A stretch of DNA of 64,000 nucleotides from Xanthobacteraceae bacterium (GTDB taxonomy: Bacteria; Pseudomonadota; Alphaproteobacteria; Rhizobiales; Xanthobacteraceae). The notes under the pieces were generated by a model. It did not search any database. It saw nothing but the letters and a program-made list of their open reading frames with translations, and had not been told where the DNA came from. Below are positions 53,004 through 62,366 of this stretch, piece after piece. Position 1 is the first letter of the stretch. Each line of letters starts with the position of its first letter. A program made the translations under genes and the position numbers. The stretch is from positions 5,325-69,324 of the forward strand of contig JASHOX010000144.1 in the NCBI GenBank assembly GCA_030038415.1. The letters run 5' to 3'.

Positions 53004-54428
53004 TTAGTGGCCGTATTTGGCCCAATGTGGACCGAACAAATCCGCTTCGCTCGGCTTGTCCTCGGGGATCACCGTGACGAGATGCGTGATGTTGAGGAAA
53101 TGCTTGTAGCTCAGGTTCTCCGAAATGCTGTTCTTCTGCCAGGAGCCGCAGCCCATGCTCAGTGTGAAGCCAAGGCCGGAGTCGAAGCCGCCGCCATTGC
53201 CGAAAGTGTGGGCGAAGTTCATCAGCACCCGCACCACGTCGAGATCCTCGGCAAGCTCCCGCGCATGCGCCATGTCCTTGGTGTGAATGCCGCAGGAATG
53301 GCCCTTGCCCTGATAATCGAGCACGGCGCGCACCTGCGCCTTGGCGGCGGCGAAATCCTTGGCGCGATAGACGGTGAGTACGAGCGAGAGTTTCTCGCCG
53401 GAGAACGGATGCTCCTTGCCGGCGCCGGAGTCTTCCACCATGAAGAAGTCGGCGCGCGCGGCTTGTTCCGGCAAACCGAAAGCGGGCGCCAGGATTTCCG
53501 CGCTGCGCGCGATCAGATGCCGATTGAGCTTGCCGTTGTGCCACAGCGCGTGTTGCACCGCGGCTTTTTCCGGCGCCGTACACAGATAGCCGCCGATACC
53601 CTTGAGCGCTGCGATGGCCTTGTCGTAGATCGAATCGAGAATGATCACGGAATTCTCGGACGAGCATGACGTCGAATTGTCGAAAATCTTCGAGGCGCGG
53701 ATCTTGCGCGCCGCGTCGGCGAGATCGGCCGTCTCGTCGATGATGACCGGAACATTGCCGGCGCCGACGCCGATCGCCGGCGTGCCGCTCATCGCGGCGC
53801 GGCGGACATTATCCTGCGAGCCGGTGACGACAACGAGGTCGGCGGCTTTCATCAGCGCTTCGGTCAATTCCTTGGTGACCGGCGGCGGCAGCACCTGCAC
53901 CAGATCGGCCGGCAGTCCGGCCTGCGCCAAGGCAGCGCGCATATAGTCCACCGTGCGCTTGGTGGTCTCGTAGCCGAGCGGCGACGGCGCGATGACGACG
54001 GCGTTGCGCGCCTTAATCGCCATCATCGCCTTGTTCACCGGCGTGGCGGCGGGATTGGTCGACGGCGTCAGCGCGGCGACGACGCCCATCGGCTTGGCGT
54101 ATTTGACGATGCCTTTGGCCTTGTCTTCCTCGATGACGCCGACCGATTTGGCGCGCAGCAGATCGCGCAAGGTGCCGAAGGTCTTGCGCTGGTTCTTGAC
54201 GATTTTGTCGGGCACGTTGCCAAGCCCGGTATCGGCGACGGCGAGCGCGGCAAGCTCGCGCGCATGTTCCGGCTTATAGACCGACCATGCCAGCGCGCGG
54301 ACCGCCTCGTCGGCGCGCTCCTGGCTGACGTCGCGGAAGCTTGCGAATGCCGCGCGCGCCCGCCGCATCACCTCGTCAATGACCGGCTTGTGGTGGAGCT
54401 CCGCCGGCGATTTCACGGCCACAGTCAT
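53004..54428 (-). CDS. CoA-acylating aldehyde dehydrogenase (C. kluyveri SucD / SauS family); candidate sulfoacetaldehyde dehydrogenase (acylating)
   Basis: KPMGVVAALTPSTNPAATPVNKAMMAIKARNAVVIAP, NSTSCSSENS (catalytic Cys region) and MGCGSWQKNSISENLSYKHFLN parallel the C. kluyveri SucD blocks I remember. Lies 10 nt downstream of xsc. Confidence 0.75.
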   Translation of the reverse strand: MTVAVKSPAELHHKPVIDEVMRRARAAFASFRDVSQERADEAVRALAWSVYKPEHARELAALAVADTGLGNVPDKIVKNQRKTFGTLRDLLRAKSVGVIEEDKAKGIVKYAKPMGVVAALTPSTNPAATPVNKAMMAIKARNAVVIAPSPLGYETTKRTVDYMRAALAQAGLPADLVQVLPPPVTKELTEALMKAADLVVVTGSQDNVRRAAMSGTPAIGVGAGNVPVIIDETADLADAARKIRASKIFDNSTSCSSENSVIILDSIYDKAIAALKGIGGYLCTAPEKAAVQHALWHNGKLNRHLIARSAEILAPAFGLPEQAARADFFMVEDSGAGKEHPFSGEKLSLVLTVYRAKDFAAAKAQVRAVLDYQGKGHSCGIHTKDMAHARELAEDLDVVRVLMNFAHTFGNGGGFDSGLGFTLSMGCGSWQKNSISENLSYKHFLNITHLVTVIPEDKPSEADLFGPHWAKYGH

Positions 54429-54438
54429 GATCGTTCCT

Positions 54439-56217
54439 TCACTGCGCGACTTGCTGCGGGCGCATGTCCTCGCGCCGGATGCCGGCGACCCGCACCGGCT
54501 TCTTCATGGCGTCGCGGCGGAACGGCTCGCCGAGCTCCTGATTGAGGATGACCTCGATGAAAGTAGTGACGCGCTGCTTCTGCGCCTCGCATGACGCGCG
54601 CAGCGCCTCGGTCAGCTCGGTGGGCGTGCGCACGGCTACGCCCTTGAGCCCGCAGCCCTCGGCGACCTTGGCGTAGGACAGATGCGGATCGAGCTCGGTG
54701 CCGACGAAATTATCGTCGAACCAGAGAATCGAATTGCGCTTCTCGGCGCCCCACTGATAGTTGCGAAACACCACCATGGTGATGCCGGGCCATTCCTTGC
54801 GGCCGATCGAGCTCATCTCGTTCATGGAAATGCCGAAAGCGCCGTCGCCGGCAAAGCCGACGCAAGGCGTGTCCGGATTGCCGATCTTGGCGCCGATGAT
54901 CGACGGGAAGCCGTAGCCGCACGGACCGAACAGGCCCGAGGCCAGATATTTACGGCCCTTCTCGAACGTCGGATAGGCGTTGCCGATGGCGCAATTGTTG
55001 CCGATGTCGCTCGATATGATGGCGTCCTTCGGCAGCCCGGCCTGAATCGCGCGCCACGCCTGCCGCGCCGACATGCGATCCGGGTCGCGCTTGCGCGCAT
55101 CCGCGTTCCAGGTCGTGCCGGGATCATCGTCCTCGTGATCCATGCTCGACAGCGTCTGCAGCCAGCGCGACTTGGTGGTGTGGATCAGCGCCTTGCGTTC
55201 GTCGCGGCCGTCATTGCCCGCCGACGGCGCGAGCTGCGCCAGGATCGCCTTGGCGACGAGCTTGGCGTCGCCGCAGATGCCGACGGTAACCGGCTTGGTG
55301 AGGCCGATGCGGTCGGCATTGATGTCGACTTGGATCACCTTGGCGTTTTTCGGCCAGTAATCGATGCCATAGCCGGGCAGCGTCGAGAACGGATTGAGCC
55401 GCGTGCCCAGCGCCAGCACGACGTCGGCCTTGGCGATGAGCTCCATCGCCGCCTTTGAGCCGTTATAGCCGAGCGGGCCGACCGCAAGCCGATGGCTGCC
55501 GGGAAAGCTGTCATTGTGCTGGTAGTTGTTGCAGACCGGTGCGTCGAGCTTTTCGGCGAGCGCCGCGCATTCCGGAATGGCGCCGGCAAGGACAACGCCG
55601 GCCCCCGAGAGGATGGCCGGAAATTTCGCCGCCGATAAAAGCTTCGCCGCCTCGGCGATCGCATGCGCACCGCCGGCCGGACGCTCGAATTCGACGATCG
55701 CCGGCAAATTGATGTCGATCACTTGGGTCCAAAAGTCGCGCGGAATGTTGATCTGTGCCGGCGCGGAGAGACGCTTGGCCTTGGTGATGACGCGGTTGAG
55801 AACCTCGGCGGTGCGGTACGGATCGCGCACTTCCTCCTGATAGCAGACCATGTCGCGGAACAGCGCCATCTGTTCCACTTCCTGGAAGCCGCCCTGGCCA
55901 ATGGTGCGGTTCGCCGCTTGCGGCGTCACCAACAGCATCGGGGTGTGATTCCAATAGGCGGTCTTGATCGGAGTGACGAAATTGGTGATGCCGGGCCCGT
56001 TCTGCGCGATGACCATCGCCATTTTCCCGGTCGAGCGCGTATAGCCGTCGCAGATGATCCCACCGTTGCCCTCGTGCGCGACGTCCCAGAACGTGATGCC
56101 CGCGGCCGGGAAAAGATCGGAGATCGGCATGAACGCCGAACCGATGATGCCGAAAGCATGCTCGATGCCGTGCATCTGCAGGACTTTCACGAAAGCTTCT
56201 TCCGTCGTCATTTTCAT
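54439..56217 (-). CDS. xsc: Sulfoacetaldehyde acetyltransferase (ThDP-dependent)
   Basis: The N-terminus MKMTTEEAFVKVLQMHGIEHAFGIIGSAFMPISDLF...ITFWDVAHEGNGG...IAQNGPGITNFVT...YWNHTPMLLVTPQA matches Xsc sequences as I remember them. ThDP motif FAGDGAFGISMNE...VVFRNYQWGAEK. The start is placed at Met-28 of the ORF. Confidence 0.85.
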   Translation of the reverse strand: MKMTTEEAFVKVLQMHGIEHAFGIIGSAFMPISDLFPAAGITFWDVAHEGNGGIICDGYTRSTGKMAMVIAQNGPGITNFVTPIKTAYWNHTPMLLVTPQAANRTIGQGGFQEVEQMALFRDMVCYQEEVRDPYRTAEVLNRVITKAKRLSAPAQINIPRDFWTQVIDINLPAIVEFERPAGGAHAIAEAAKLLSAAKFPAILSGAGVVLAGAIPECAALAEKLDAPVCNNYQHNDSFPGSHRLAVGPLGYNGSKAAMELIAKADVVLALGTRLNPFSTLPGYGIDYWPKNAKVIQVDINADRIGLTKPVTVGICGDAKLVAKAILAQLAPSAGNDGRDERKALIHTTKSRWLQTLSSMDHEDDDPGTTWNADARKRDPDRMSARQAWRAIQAGLPKDAIISSDIGNNCAIGNAYPTFEKGRKYLASGLFGPCGYGFPSIIGAKIGNPDTPCVGFAGDGAFGISMNEMSSIGRKEWPGITMVVFRNYQWGAEKRNSILWFDDNFVGTELDPHLSYAKVAEGCGLKGVAVRTPTELTEALRASCEAQKQRVTTFIEVILNQELGEPFRRDAMKKPVRVAGIRREDMRPQQVAQ

Positions 56218-56269
56218 CGTTTCAATCCTTGTTCGATTCCGGCATTCACGTCCGCCGGGGAGATGAGAT

Positions 56270-57103
56270 TTACGTCCTGTCCTGAAAAGTCTCGGCAAGC
56301 TCCTCGGCCGCGCCGCGCAGCGCCGGCAGATGCTCGCGGGCCATGCGAACGTTCATGCGCGCCTCCGGCGCCTGGATCGCAATCGCGGCGAGCATCTCGC
56401 CGTTGCGTCCGAGCACCGGCACCGCCACGCAAACGACGCCCGCAAGATATTCCTCGCGGTCGAACGACACCTGCTCCTTGCGGATTTGCTTCAACTCGGC
56501 CTCCAGCAGCGCGTGCTCGGTTATGGTGCCGGCGGTGAAACGGCGCAGCTCGAGGCTTTGCAACAGCCGCTGGCGGCGCCGGGCCGGCAGCAGCGCCAGA
56601 TGCAGCTTGCCGATGGCGCTGCAATGCAGCGGCACCCGCGTGCCGGCGCCGAAATGCAGGCGCAGCGGCCAGTGCTCGGCCTCGACGCGGTCGAGATAGA
56701 CGATCTCGCCATTGAGGATGACGCCGATATTGCAGGTTTCGTTCACCTGATGGGCGAGCCGGCGCAACAGCGCATGGCGGCCGGAATCGCGCATCGACGC
56801 GCGCATCGTGCCGAAGGCAAGATCGGTGAGCCGCGATCCCACGGTCAGGCGCTTGCGCGCCGGTTCGCGGGCCAGATAGCCGGAACTGACCAGCCCGTCG
56901 ACCAGGCGGTAGGCTGTCGCCTTCGGCAGCGCCAGGGTTTCGATGACGCTGGCGACTTCGACCGCCACCGGGGAATGCGCGACGAGATCGAGAATGGCGA
57001 AGGTACGCGCCGTCGCCGTGGAGATCGCCTCGTGCTCGCCGCGCACCGTGTCGTCGCGCGTCGTCTCGTGGTGGAAGCTGTCCGTCATTGCTTGTGTGCT
57101 CAT
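56270..57103 (-). CDS. IclR family transcriptional regulator
   Basis: wHTH ARTFAILDLVAHSPVAVEVASVIETLALPKATAYRLVDGLVSSGYL plus an IclR effector domain (VPLHCSAIGKLHLALL). The start overlaps the tctA stop by 4 nt. Confidence 0.85.
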   Translation of the reverse strand: MSTQAMTDSFHHETTRDDTVRGEHEAISTATARTFAILDLVAHSPVAVEVASVIETLALPKATAYRLVDGLVSSGYLAREPARKRLTVGSRLTDLAFGTMRASMRDSGRHALLRRLAHQVNETCNIGVILNGEIVYLDRVEAEHWPLRLHFGAGTRVPLHCSAIGKLHLALLPARRRQRLLQSLELRRFTAGTITEHALLEAELKQIRKEQVSFDREEYLAGVVCVAVPVLGRNGEMLAAIAIQAPEARMNVRMAREHLPALRGAAEELAETFQDRT

Positions 57104-58632
57104 CGCGGCTCACCGGAAATAACTACTGCCGCCGTACGGCGGCGCATAAGGAAGAGTTGACGCAGCAGCGGATAGCTTAGCGCCAGGATCGACCCGACCA
57201 TCAGCGGACCGCAGATCGGTCCCCGAAAGAACACGGTCCAATCGTTGTCGCTACTTATCATGCTGCGCATGAAGGCGGTCTCGCCGACCGGTCCCAAAAT
57301 CGCGCCGAGCACCATCGGCGAAATCGGAAATCTAAGTTTCTCGAACAGATAGCCAAGCACGCCGAAGATTACGATCATCCAGACGTCCGACATGTCGTTG
57401 CGATTGGCATAGGCGCCGACCAGGCAGAACATCACCACGATGGCGGAGAGAACGCCCTGCGGGATGGTCAGGACTTTGACTACGACCCTGATCCAAAAGA
57501 AACCGACCAGGCACATGCCGATGACGGATGCGAACATCGAGGCGAGGATGGTGTAGACCATCAGCGAGGACGCCGAATCCTCAAACAGCATCGGGCCCGG
57601 CTGCACGCCGTGCAGCAGGAACGCGGCCAGGATGACGGCGGTGGCGCCGCTGCCCGGCAGGCCCAATGTCAAGAGCGGGATCATGTGGCCCGCAACCGAG
57701 GCCGTGGCGCCGATCTGCGGCGCGACGATGCCCTCCGGAATGCCGGTGCCGAGCAACTGCCGCCGCCGACCGTATTGCTTCTCGATGCCGTAGGAGATGA
57801 ATGAGGTGATGGTGGCGCCGGCGCCCGGCACGATGCCGAGCACCGTACCCAGCACTGTGCTGCGGAACAGCGTCATCTTGATCGCCAAGAATTCGCGCAG
57901 CGACGGAAACTGCGTGGCGACGTTGACCTTGGCTTCCTTCGGCTTGTCGAGATGCAGGCCTTGGCCGATCCGCGCCAGTACTTCGCCGAGGCCGTACATG
58001 CCGACCAGGACCTCGACCAGTTGCACGCCGTCGCGCAGGATCGGCACGCCGAAAGTGAAGCGATCGGTGCCGTAGATGCTGTCGATGCCGATCGTCGCCA
58101 CCAAGAGCCCGACGCATAGACTGATCAGCGAGTTGACCAGCGATTTTCCGGCGAGCGCGACGACGGTGGTGAGACCAAAGAACACCGCGGCGAAATAGTC
58201 CGGCGAATCGAATTTAAGCGCGGCCTCGCTCATCGGGCCGGCCAGCGCCACCATGACCGCCGACGACACCAGGCCGGCGATGAGCGCAGCAAGGAGCGCC
58301 CAGCCCAGCGCCTTCGCCGGCTGGCCGCGTTTGGCCATGGTGTAGCCATCCCACAGCATCGGCACGTCCATCGGCTCGCCTGGGATACGGTAGAGGATAG
58401 CGGTGAAGCAGCCGCCATAGGTGCCGGAGAAATAGATGGCGGTGAGCAGGATGACGGCGGGCTCGATCGGCATTTGATAGGTAAACGGCAGCGCCAGGAT
58501 CACGCCCATCACGAGTCCGAGGCCCGGCATGATCGAGACCGCCATGCCGACCAATAAGCCGACGAACAGCATCAGCAGGTCGAACGGCTGGAAAACCTCG
58601 ACGAAGCCGTGAGCGAGATTGCCGATCACCAC
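57100..58632 (-). CDS. tctA: TTT transporter large membrane subunit TctA
   Basis: 510 aa. MPGLGLVMGVILALPFTYQM... and GIVPGAGATITSFISYG are TctA patterns. Confidence 0.9.
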   Translation of the reverse strand: MVIGNLAHGFVEVFQPFDLLMLFVGLLVGMAVSIMPGLGLVMGVILALPFTYQMPIEPAVILLTAIYFSGTYGGCFTAILYRIPGEPMDVPMLWDGYTMAKRGQPAKALGWALLAALIAGLVSSAVMVALAGPMSEAALKFDSPDYFAAVFFGLTTVVALAGKSLVNSLISLCVGLLVATIGIDSIYGTDRFTFGVPILRDGVQLVEVLVGMYGLGEVLARIGQGLHLDKPKEAKVNVATQFPSLREFLAIKMTLFRSTVLGTVLGIVPGAGATITSFISYGIEKQYGRRRQLLGTGIPEGIVAPQIGATASVAGHMIPLLTLGLPGSGATAVILAAFLLHGVQPGPMLFEDSASSLMVYTILASMFASVIGMCLVGFFWIRVVVKVLTIPQGVLSAIVVMFCLVGAYANRNDMSDVWMIVIFGVLGYLFEKLRFPISPMVLGAILGPVGETAFMRSMISSDNDWTVFFRGPICGPLMVGSILALSYPLLRQLFLMRRRTAAVVISGEPR

Positions 58633-58643
58633 GCCGCCGCCTC

Positions 58644-59201
58644 CTAATGCACGCCCATCGCGGCCATCAGCGCATAAGACAGCCGATCGAACGGCGCGAC
58701 GCCGACCGGCAGCGCCACATAGACCACGCGCATGAACATGAACATGAAGGCGAATGCGATCGCCACGCTCAAGAGGACGGCCGGAACGAAGCGCCGGTAG
58801 TGGCCGAGATACATAAGGACGAAGGCGTAAACAATCGTCGCCAGGAAGAAGCCGAGCACCGGCAGGATGAGGAGATAACCGACCGTGGCCGCGACGGCGA
58901 CCCAGACCAGCCAGGGATAGATCTCGGGCGGTCGGACTAGCGTTTCCATCTCATCGGCGTCGGCGATCGCGTCCGATTTTCCGATTTGCAACGCCGACGA
59001 CACCGCGCCCCACAATGCCGACGCCAACATCAGGACCAGAATGAGCTTCGGCCAGGCGCCCGGACCGATTCGCCCCGACGACTGCTCGAATTCGAAGTTC
59101 TCGGCGGTGTAGTAAAGATACGCGCCTGCCGCGAGCACGACGAGATAAGGCAGCGTCGCCCGGCACCGCTCCAGCACTGTGACCGCTTTGCCCGAACTCA
59201 C
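58644..59201 (-). CDS. tctB: TTT transporter small membrane subunit TctB
   Basis: 185 aa, four hydrophobic segments, GPGAWPKLILVLML motif. Lies between tctC and tctA. Confidence 0.8.
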   Translation of the reverse strand: MSSGKAVTVLERCRATLPYLVVLAAGAYLYYTAENFEFEQSSGRIGPGAWPKLILVLMLASALWGAVSSALQIGKSDAIADADEMETLVRPPEIYPWLVWVAVAATVGYLLILPVLGFFLATIVYAFVLMYLGHYRRFVPAVLLSVAIAFAFMFMFMRVVYVALPVGVAPFDRLSYALMAAMGVH

Positions 59202-60160
59202 TTCGATCCCGTCTTTGTTGAAGCCAAAATACTCTTGGCCTGCGTCAGCCAGGAATCCATAAAGCCGCGCGCCTTATCCATCGGCACGTAGCTGTCCGGA
59301 TCGGCATATTGCTGATCGAGATAGGCCTTGAACTCCGGGGTCTGCGCCACTTTCGCCAGCGCCTCGGAGAGGAGCTTGACCCGCGCCGGGTCGGTGCCGG
59401 CTTTGACCACGATGGAGCGGAACTGCGGCAGCGTGACGTCGTAGCCGAACTCCTTGGACACCGGGACATTGGCGAATTGCGGAATGCTGAGCCGGTGCGA
59501 ATAGAAGAAGATCAGCGGCCGGATCTTGCCGCCGTCGAAATAGCTGCGCACGTCGCCGGTCTGCTCATAAAGCACATCGGCATTGCCGCCGAGAATCGAG
59601 GTGTAGCGCAGCTCCGGCTCGGCATAAGGGATCGGCTCGAATTTGAAACCTTGCTTATCCAAGTAGGACGTCGTGATGTCATCGGCGCTGCCAAAGCCGA
59701 GCACCGCGACCTTGAGCGTCTGCTGCTTGGCCGTCGCCGCGAGCTCTTGCCAGGTGTGCCATTTGCTCTGGGTGTTGACCCAATAGCCGGACGGCTGCTG
59801 GATCATAATGGCAAGTGGAATGACCTGATCGGCGGTGAAGCCGGGATGCGGTCCAGCGAGCAACGAATAGGTGTCGCCGATCAGCACGGCGAGCGTATAG
59901 CCGTCGGCCGGGGAGTTCAGGAGTTTGGTGATGCCGGTCTGTCCGGTCGCGCCCGGCACATTGAGCACCGGAAACGAGACGCCGAGATCCTGCGACATGA
60001 TCTTGCCCGCGGTGCGCGCCAACAAATCGGCGCCGCCGCCCGGTCCCCACGGCACGATGAAGTTGATCGGGTGGTCGGGATACTTCTCTTGCGCGTGCGA
60101 CGCGGGCGCCAGTGCAAAAGCGAGAGCTATCGCAAGCCACGCCGTTTTTTTAGCGACCAT
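59198..60160 (-). CDS. tctC: TTT substrate-binding protein TctC/Bug family
   Basis: Signal peptide MVAKKTAWLAIALAFALAPASHA, then INFIVPWGPGGGADLLARTAGKIM...LNVPGATGQTG. The start is placed at Met-63 of the ORF, after a GGGAGGA Shine-Dalgarno sequence. Has a 4-nt overlap with tctB. Confidence 0.85.
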   Translation of the reverse strand: MVAKKTAWLAIALAFALAPASHAQEKYPDHPINFIVPWGPGGGADLLARTAGKIMSQDLGVSFPVLNVPGATGQTGITKLLNSPADGYTLAVLIGDTYSLLAGPHPGFTADQVIPLAIMIQQPSGYWVNTQSKWHTWQELAATAKQQTLKVAVLGFGSADDITTSYLDKQGFKFEPIPYAEPELRYTSILGGNADVLYEQTGDVRSYFDGGKIRPLIFFYSHRLSIPQFANVPVSKEFGYDVTLPQFRSIVVKAGTDPARVKLLSEALAKVAQTPEFKAYLDQQYADPDSYVPMDKARGFMDSWLTQAKSILASTKTGSK

Positions 60161-60401
60161 TGTCGATCCTCCCTGGGTTTTGCTTTTGTCGGCCCGTTCA
60201 ACGCGCGGTGGCAGCTTTTTGTTGGCGCGCGCCAAACATTCCATTTTCTCATTGATTGAGACGTATGGTTTTAAAAGGCAATAGCATAGTGTTAGTCTGA
60301 CGACAACGAGACCGAACGGTGCAGCAGTGCCGGGGATTTCGCGCAACGCCGCGAATAACAGAAACGAAAATCACAGTCTGAAAAACCAAGGGGAGGCTGA
60401 G

Positions 60402-61835
60402 GTGGCGACCGCAACAAGTGTTCAACGCCCTGAAAATCTGGCGGCGCAGGAGAACCTGCTGGCGCGGCTCGATCGCTTGCCGGTCAATCGCAGAATCCTG
60501 TTTCTCGTCGGCCTGCTCGGCGTCGTATGGATCCTCGAGGCTTTCGATATCGGCATCATCGCTCCGGTGCTGTTCATTTTGAAGGGCGAGTGGCAACTCT
60601 CGCCAAGCGCGACCGGTCTGGTCGGCAGCGCCGGCACGCTCGGCATTGTTCTCGGGCTCTTACCGGCCGGCCGGCTAGCGGACCGCTTCGGCCGCAAAAC
60701 CACGCTGGTCGGCGGCATCGTTATTTTCAGCGTCGTGACGTTCCTTGCGAGTTTCTCTCAGGACGCCACGCAACTCGCGATCTTCCGTTTCATTGCCGGC
60801 CTCGGCCAGGGCGCGGTGTTCCCCGTTCCGTATTTGCTGCTCTCCGAATTCGTCAACAAGCAATGGCGCGGCACCGCCGTCGGCTTTTCCAATTCGCTCC
60901 TCGGCTTTTCCTACGGCCTCAACACGTTGGCCGGCGCGCTTATCATCGGCCGTCTGCCGGCCGGCGAGGCCTGGTGGGTGCTCCTGATGCTCGGCGGCCT
61001 GCCGATCATCATCGTCCCGGTGATCATGAAATATCTTCCGGAATCGCCGCGATTTCTTCTCAAAGCCGGCAGGATCGACACCGTTCGGACCTTCGTCGAG
61101 GAGCTCGAAGACATCAGCCAAGTCCCGCATGACGAAACATTGATCGACGAAGGCTCGCTGAAGGTCCTCCAAGCGACGGCGGCGCGAAAGGTCTCGATCT
61201 TCGATCTGTTCCGCTATCCGTACTGGCAGCGATGTGTCGTGTCGTATCTCGCGCTGCTATCGCCGTTCGTGTCGTTCTACATCATCACCATCTACGGGCC
61301 ATCGATCATCCAGCGCATGGGCGCCGGCAAAGAAGACGCGCTCTACTACACATCCGGACTGCTGTTCCTCACGGTGATTTCGACTGCCATCGCCGGCAGC
61401 CTCGGCGACAAGATCAGCCGGCGCTGGGGCCTCGTCATCATCATGATCATCACGGCGATCGGCACGGTGGCGCTCGGCGCGCCGCTGCCTCGAGGCGCGA
61501 TCATCGCGGCCGCAATTGTCGTTTGGAGCTTCGACTATGCCGGCTTCCCGCTGGCAAAACTCTACATGGCGGAGCAGTTCCCGACTCGCTTGCGGGCGAC
61601 CGGATCGATGCTGGGCGAGAGCATTACGCGGTTTCTCGGCGGCGTCGTGCTGGTCTATCTGTTCCCGATCATGAGCGCGGTGATGGATTTTTCGACGCTG
61701 TGCTTGATCCTCGCTGTGCTGACGGTGCTTTGCATCCTGCCGATCTGGATCATTGGCTTCCGAACCTCGGGAGTGAGCATCGAGCAGACCGGCACCGATC
61801 TATCGGCGCTCGCCAAAATGCAATCGACGAACTGA
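60402..61835 (+). CDS. MFS transporter
   Basis: LPAGRLADRFGRKTTL (MFS loop 2-3 motif), 12 TM-like segments. The start is placed at the GTG after the GGGGAGG Shine-Dalgarno sequence (VATATSVQRPEN). Confidence 0.8.
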   Translation: MATATSVQRPENLAAQENLLARLDRLPVNRRILFLVGLLGVVWILEAFDIGIIAPVLFILKGEWQLSPSATGLVGSAGTLGIVLGLLPAGRLADRFGRKTTLVGGIVIFSVVTFLASFSQDATQLAIFRFIAGLGQGAVFPVPYLLLSEFVNKQWRGTAVGFSNSLLGFSYGLNTLAGALIIGRLPAGEAWWVLLMLGGLPIIIVPVIMKYLPESPRFLLKAGRIDTVRTFVEELEDISQVPHDETLIDEGSLKVLQATAARKVSIFDLFRYPYWQRCVVSYLALLSPFVSFYIITIYGPSIIQRMGAGKEDALYYTSGLLFLTVISTAIAGSLGDKISRRWGLVIIMIITAIGTVALGAPLPRGAIIAAAIVVWSFDYAGFPLAKLYMAEQFPTRLRATGSMLGESITRFLGGVVLVYLFPIMSAVMDFSTLCLILAVLTVLCILPIWIIGFRTSGVSIEQTGTDLSALAKMQSTN

Positions 61836-61864
61836 CGCGTGGTGCGGCAAAGCCCGGAGTGAGC

Positions 61865-62356
61865 GTGAGCCTTAGTTACGATGATATCGCCGCGATCTTG
61901 AAAATCATCGACGGCAGTTCCTGCGATGAACTGATCGTCGAGACCGGCGATTTGAAATTGGTGGTGCGGCGCAACGCTGCCGGCAGTGCCTATTCGCCGT
62001 CGCATGACATCGTCGCGCCCGCCGCGAGGATGCCGTCGCCGCCGGGACCGGCAAGCGTCGGCGTCCCGGCGTCGGCCGATACAGTGCCGCGCCAGGCACC
62101 GGCAAAGGCCCCGCATCAGATCGAGGTGACGGCTCCGATGGTTGGCACCTTCTATCGCGCGTCTTCGCCGGATGTGCCGCCTTTCGTGGAAATCGGTCAA
62201 CACGTTCGCAAGGGCGACGCACTCTGCCTGATCGAGGTCATGAAGCTTTTCACCACCATTGCGTCCGAGCACGACGGCCGCATTGTGCAAATCGGCGCCG
62301 ACAACGCCGAGCTCGTCGAGTATGGCCGTACCCTCTTCGTCATCGAACCCGCATAG
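61865..62356 (+). CDS. Biotin carboxyl carrier protein (AccB-like)
   Basis: Biotinyl-lysine motif CLIEVMKLFT. Pro/Ala-rich linker. GTG start after GGAG, fixed by counting 163 codons back from the stop. Confidence 0.8.
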   Translation: MSLSYDDIAAILKIIDGSSCDELIVETGDLKLVVRRNAAGSAYSPSHDIVAPAARMPSPPGPASVGVPASADTVPRQAPAKAPHQIEVTAPMVGTFYRASSPDVPPFVEIGQHVRKGDALCLIEVMKLFTTIASEHDGRIVQIGADNAELVEYGRTLFVIEPA

Positions 62357-62366
62357 GAGCGCCAGG

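Noticed and set aside
51854-53667. Long N-terminal extensions of ORFs 50933..52903 and 51850..53667
   Set aside because: The extensions run out of frame through the neighbouring genes and are Arg-rich. The SucD-like and SucC-like proteins begin at conserved N-termini (MIIHRKAHRVLVSGITG, MNFEEHAAKAK) with an ATGA coupling.
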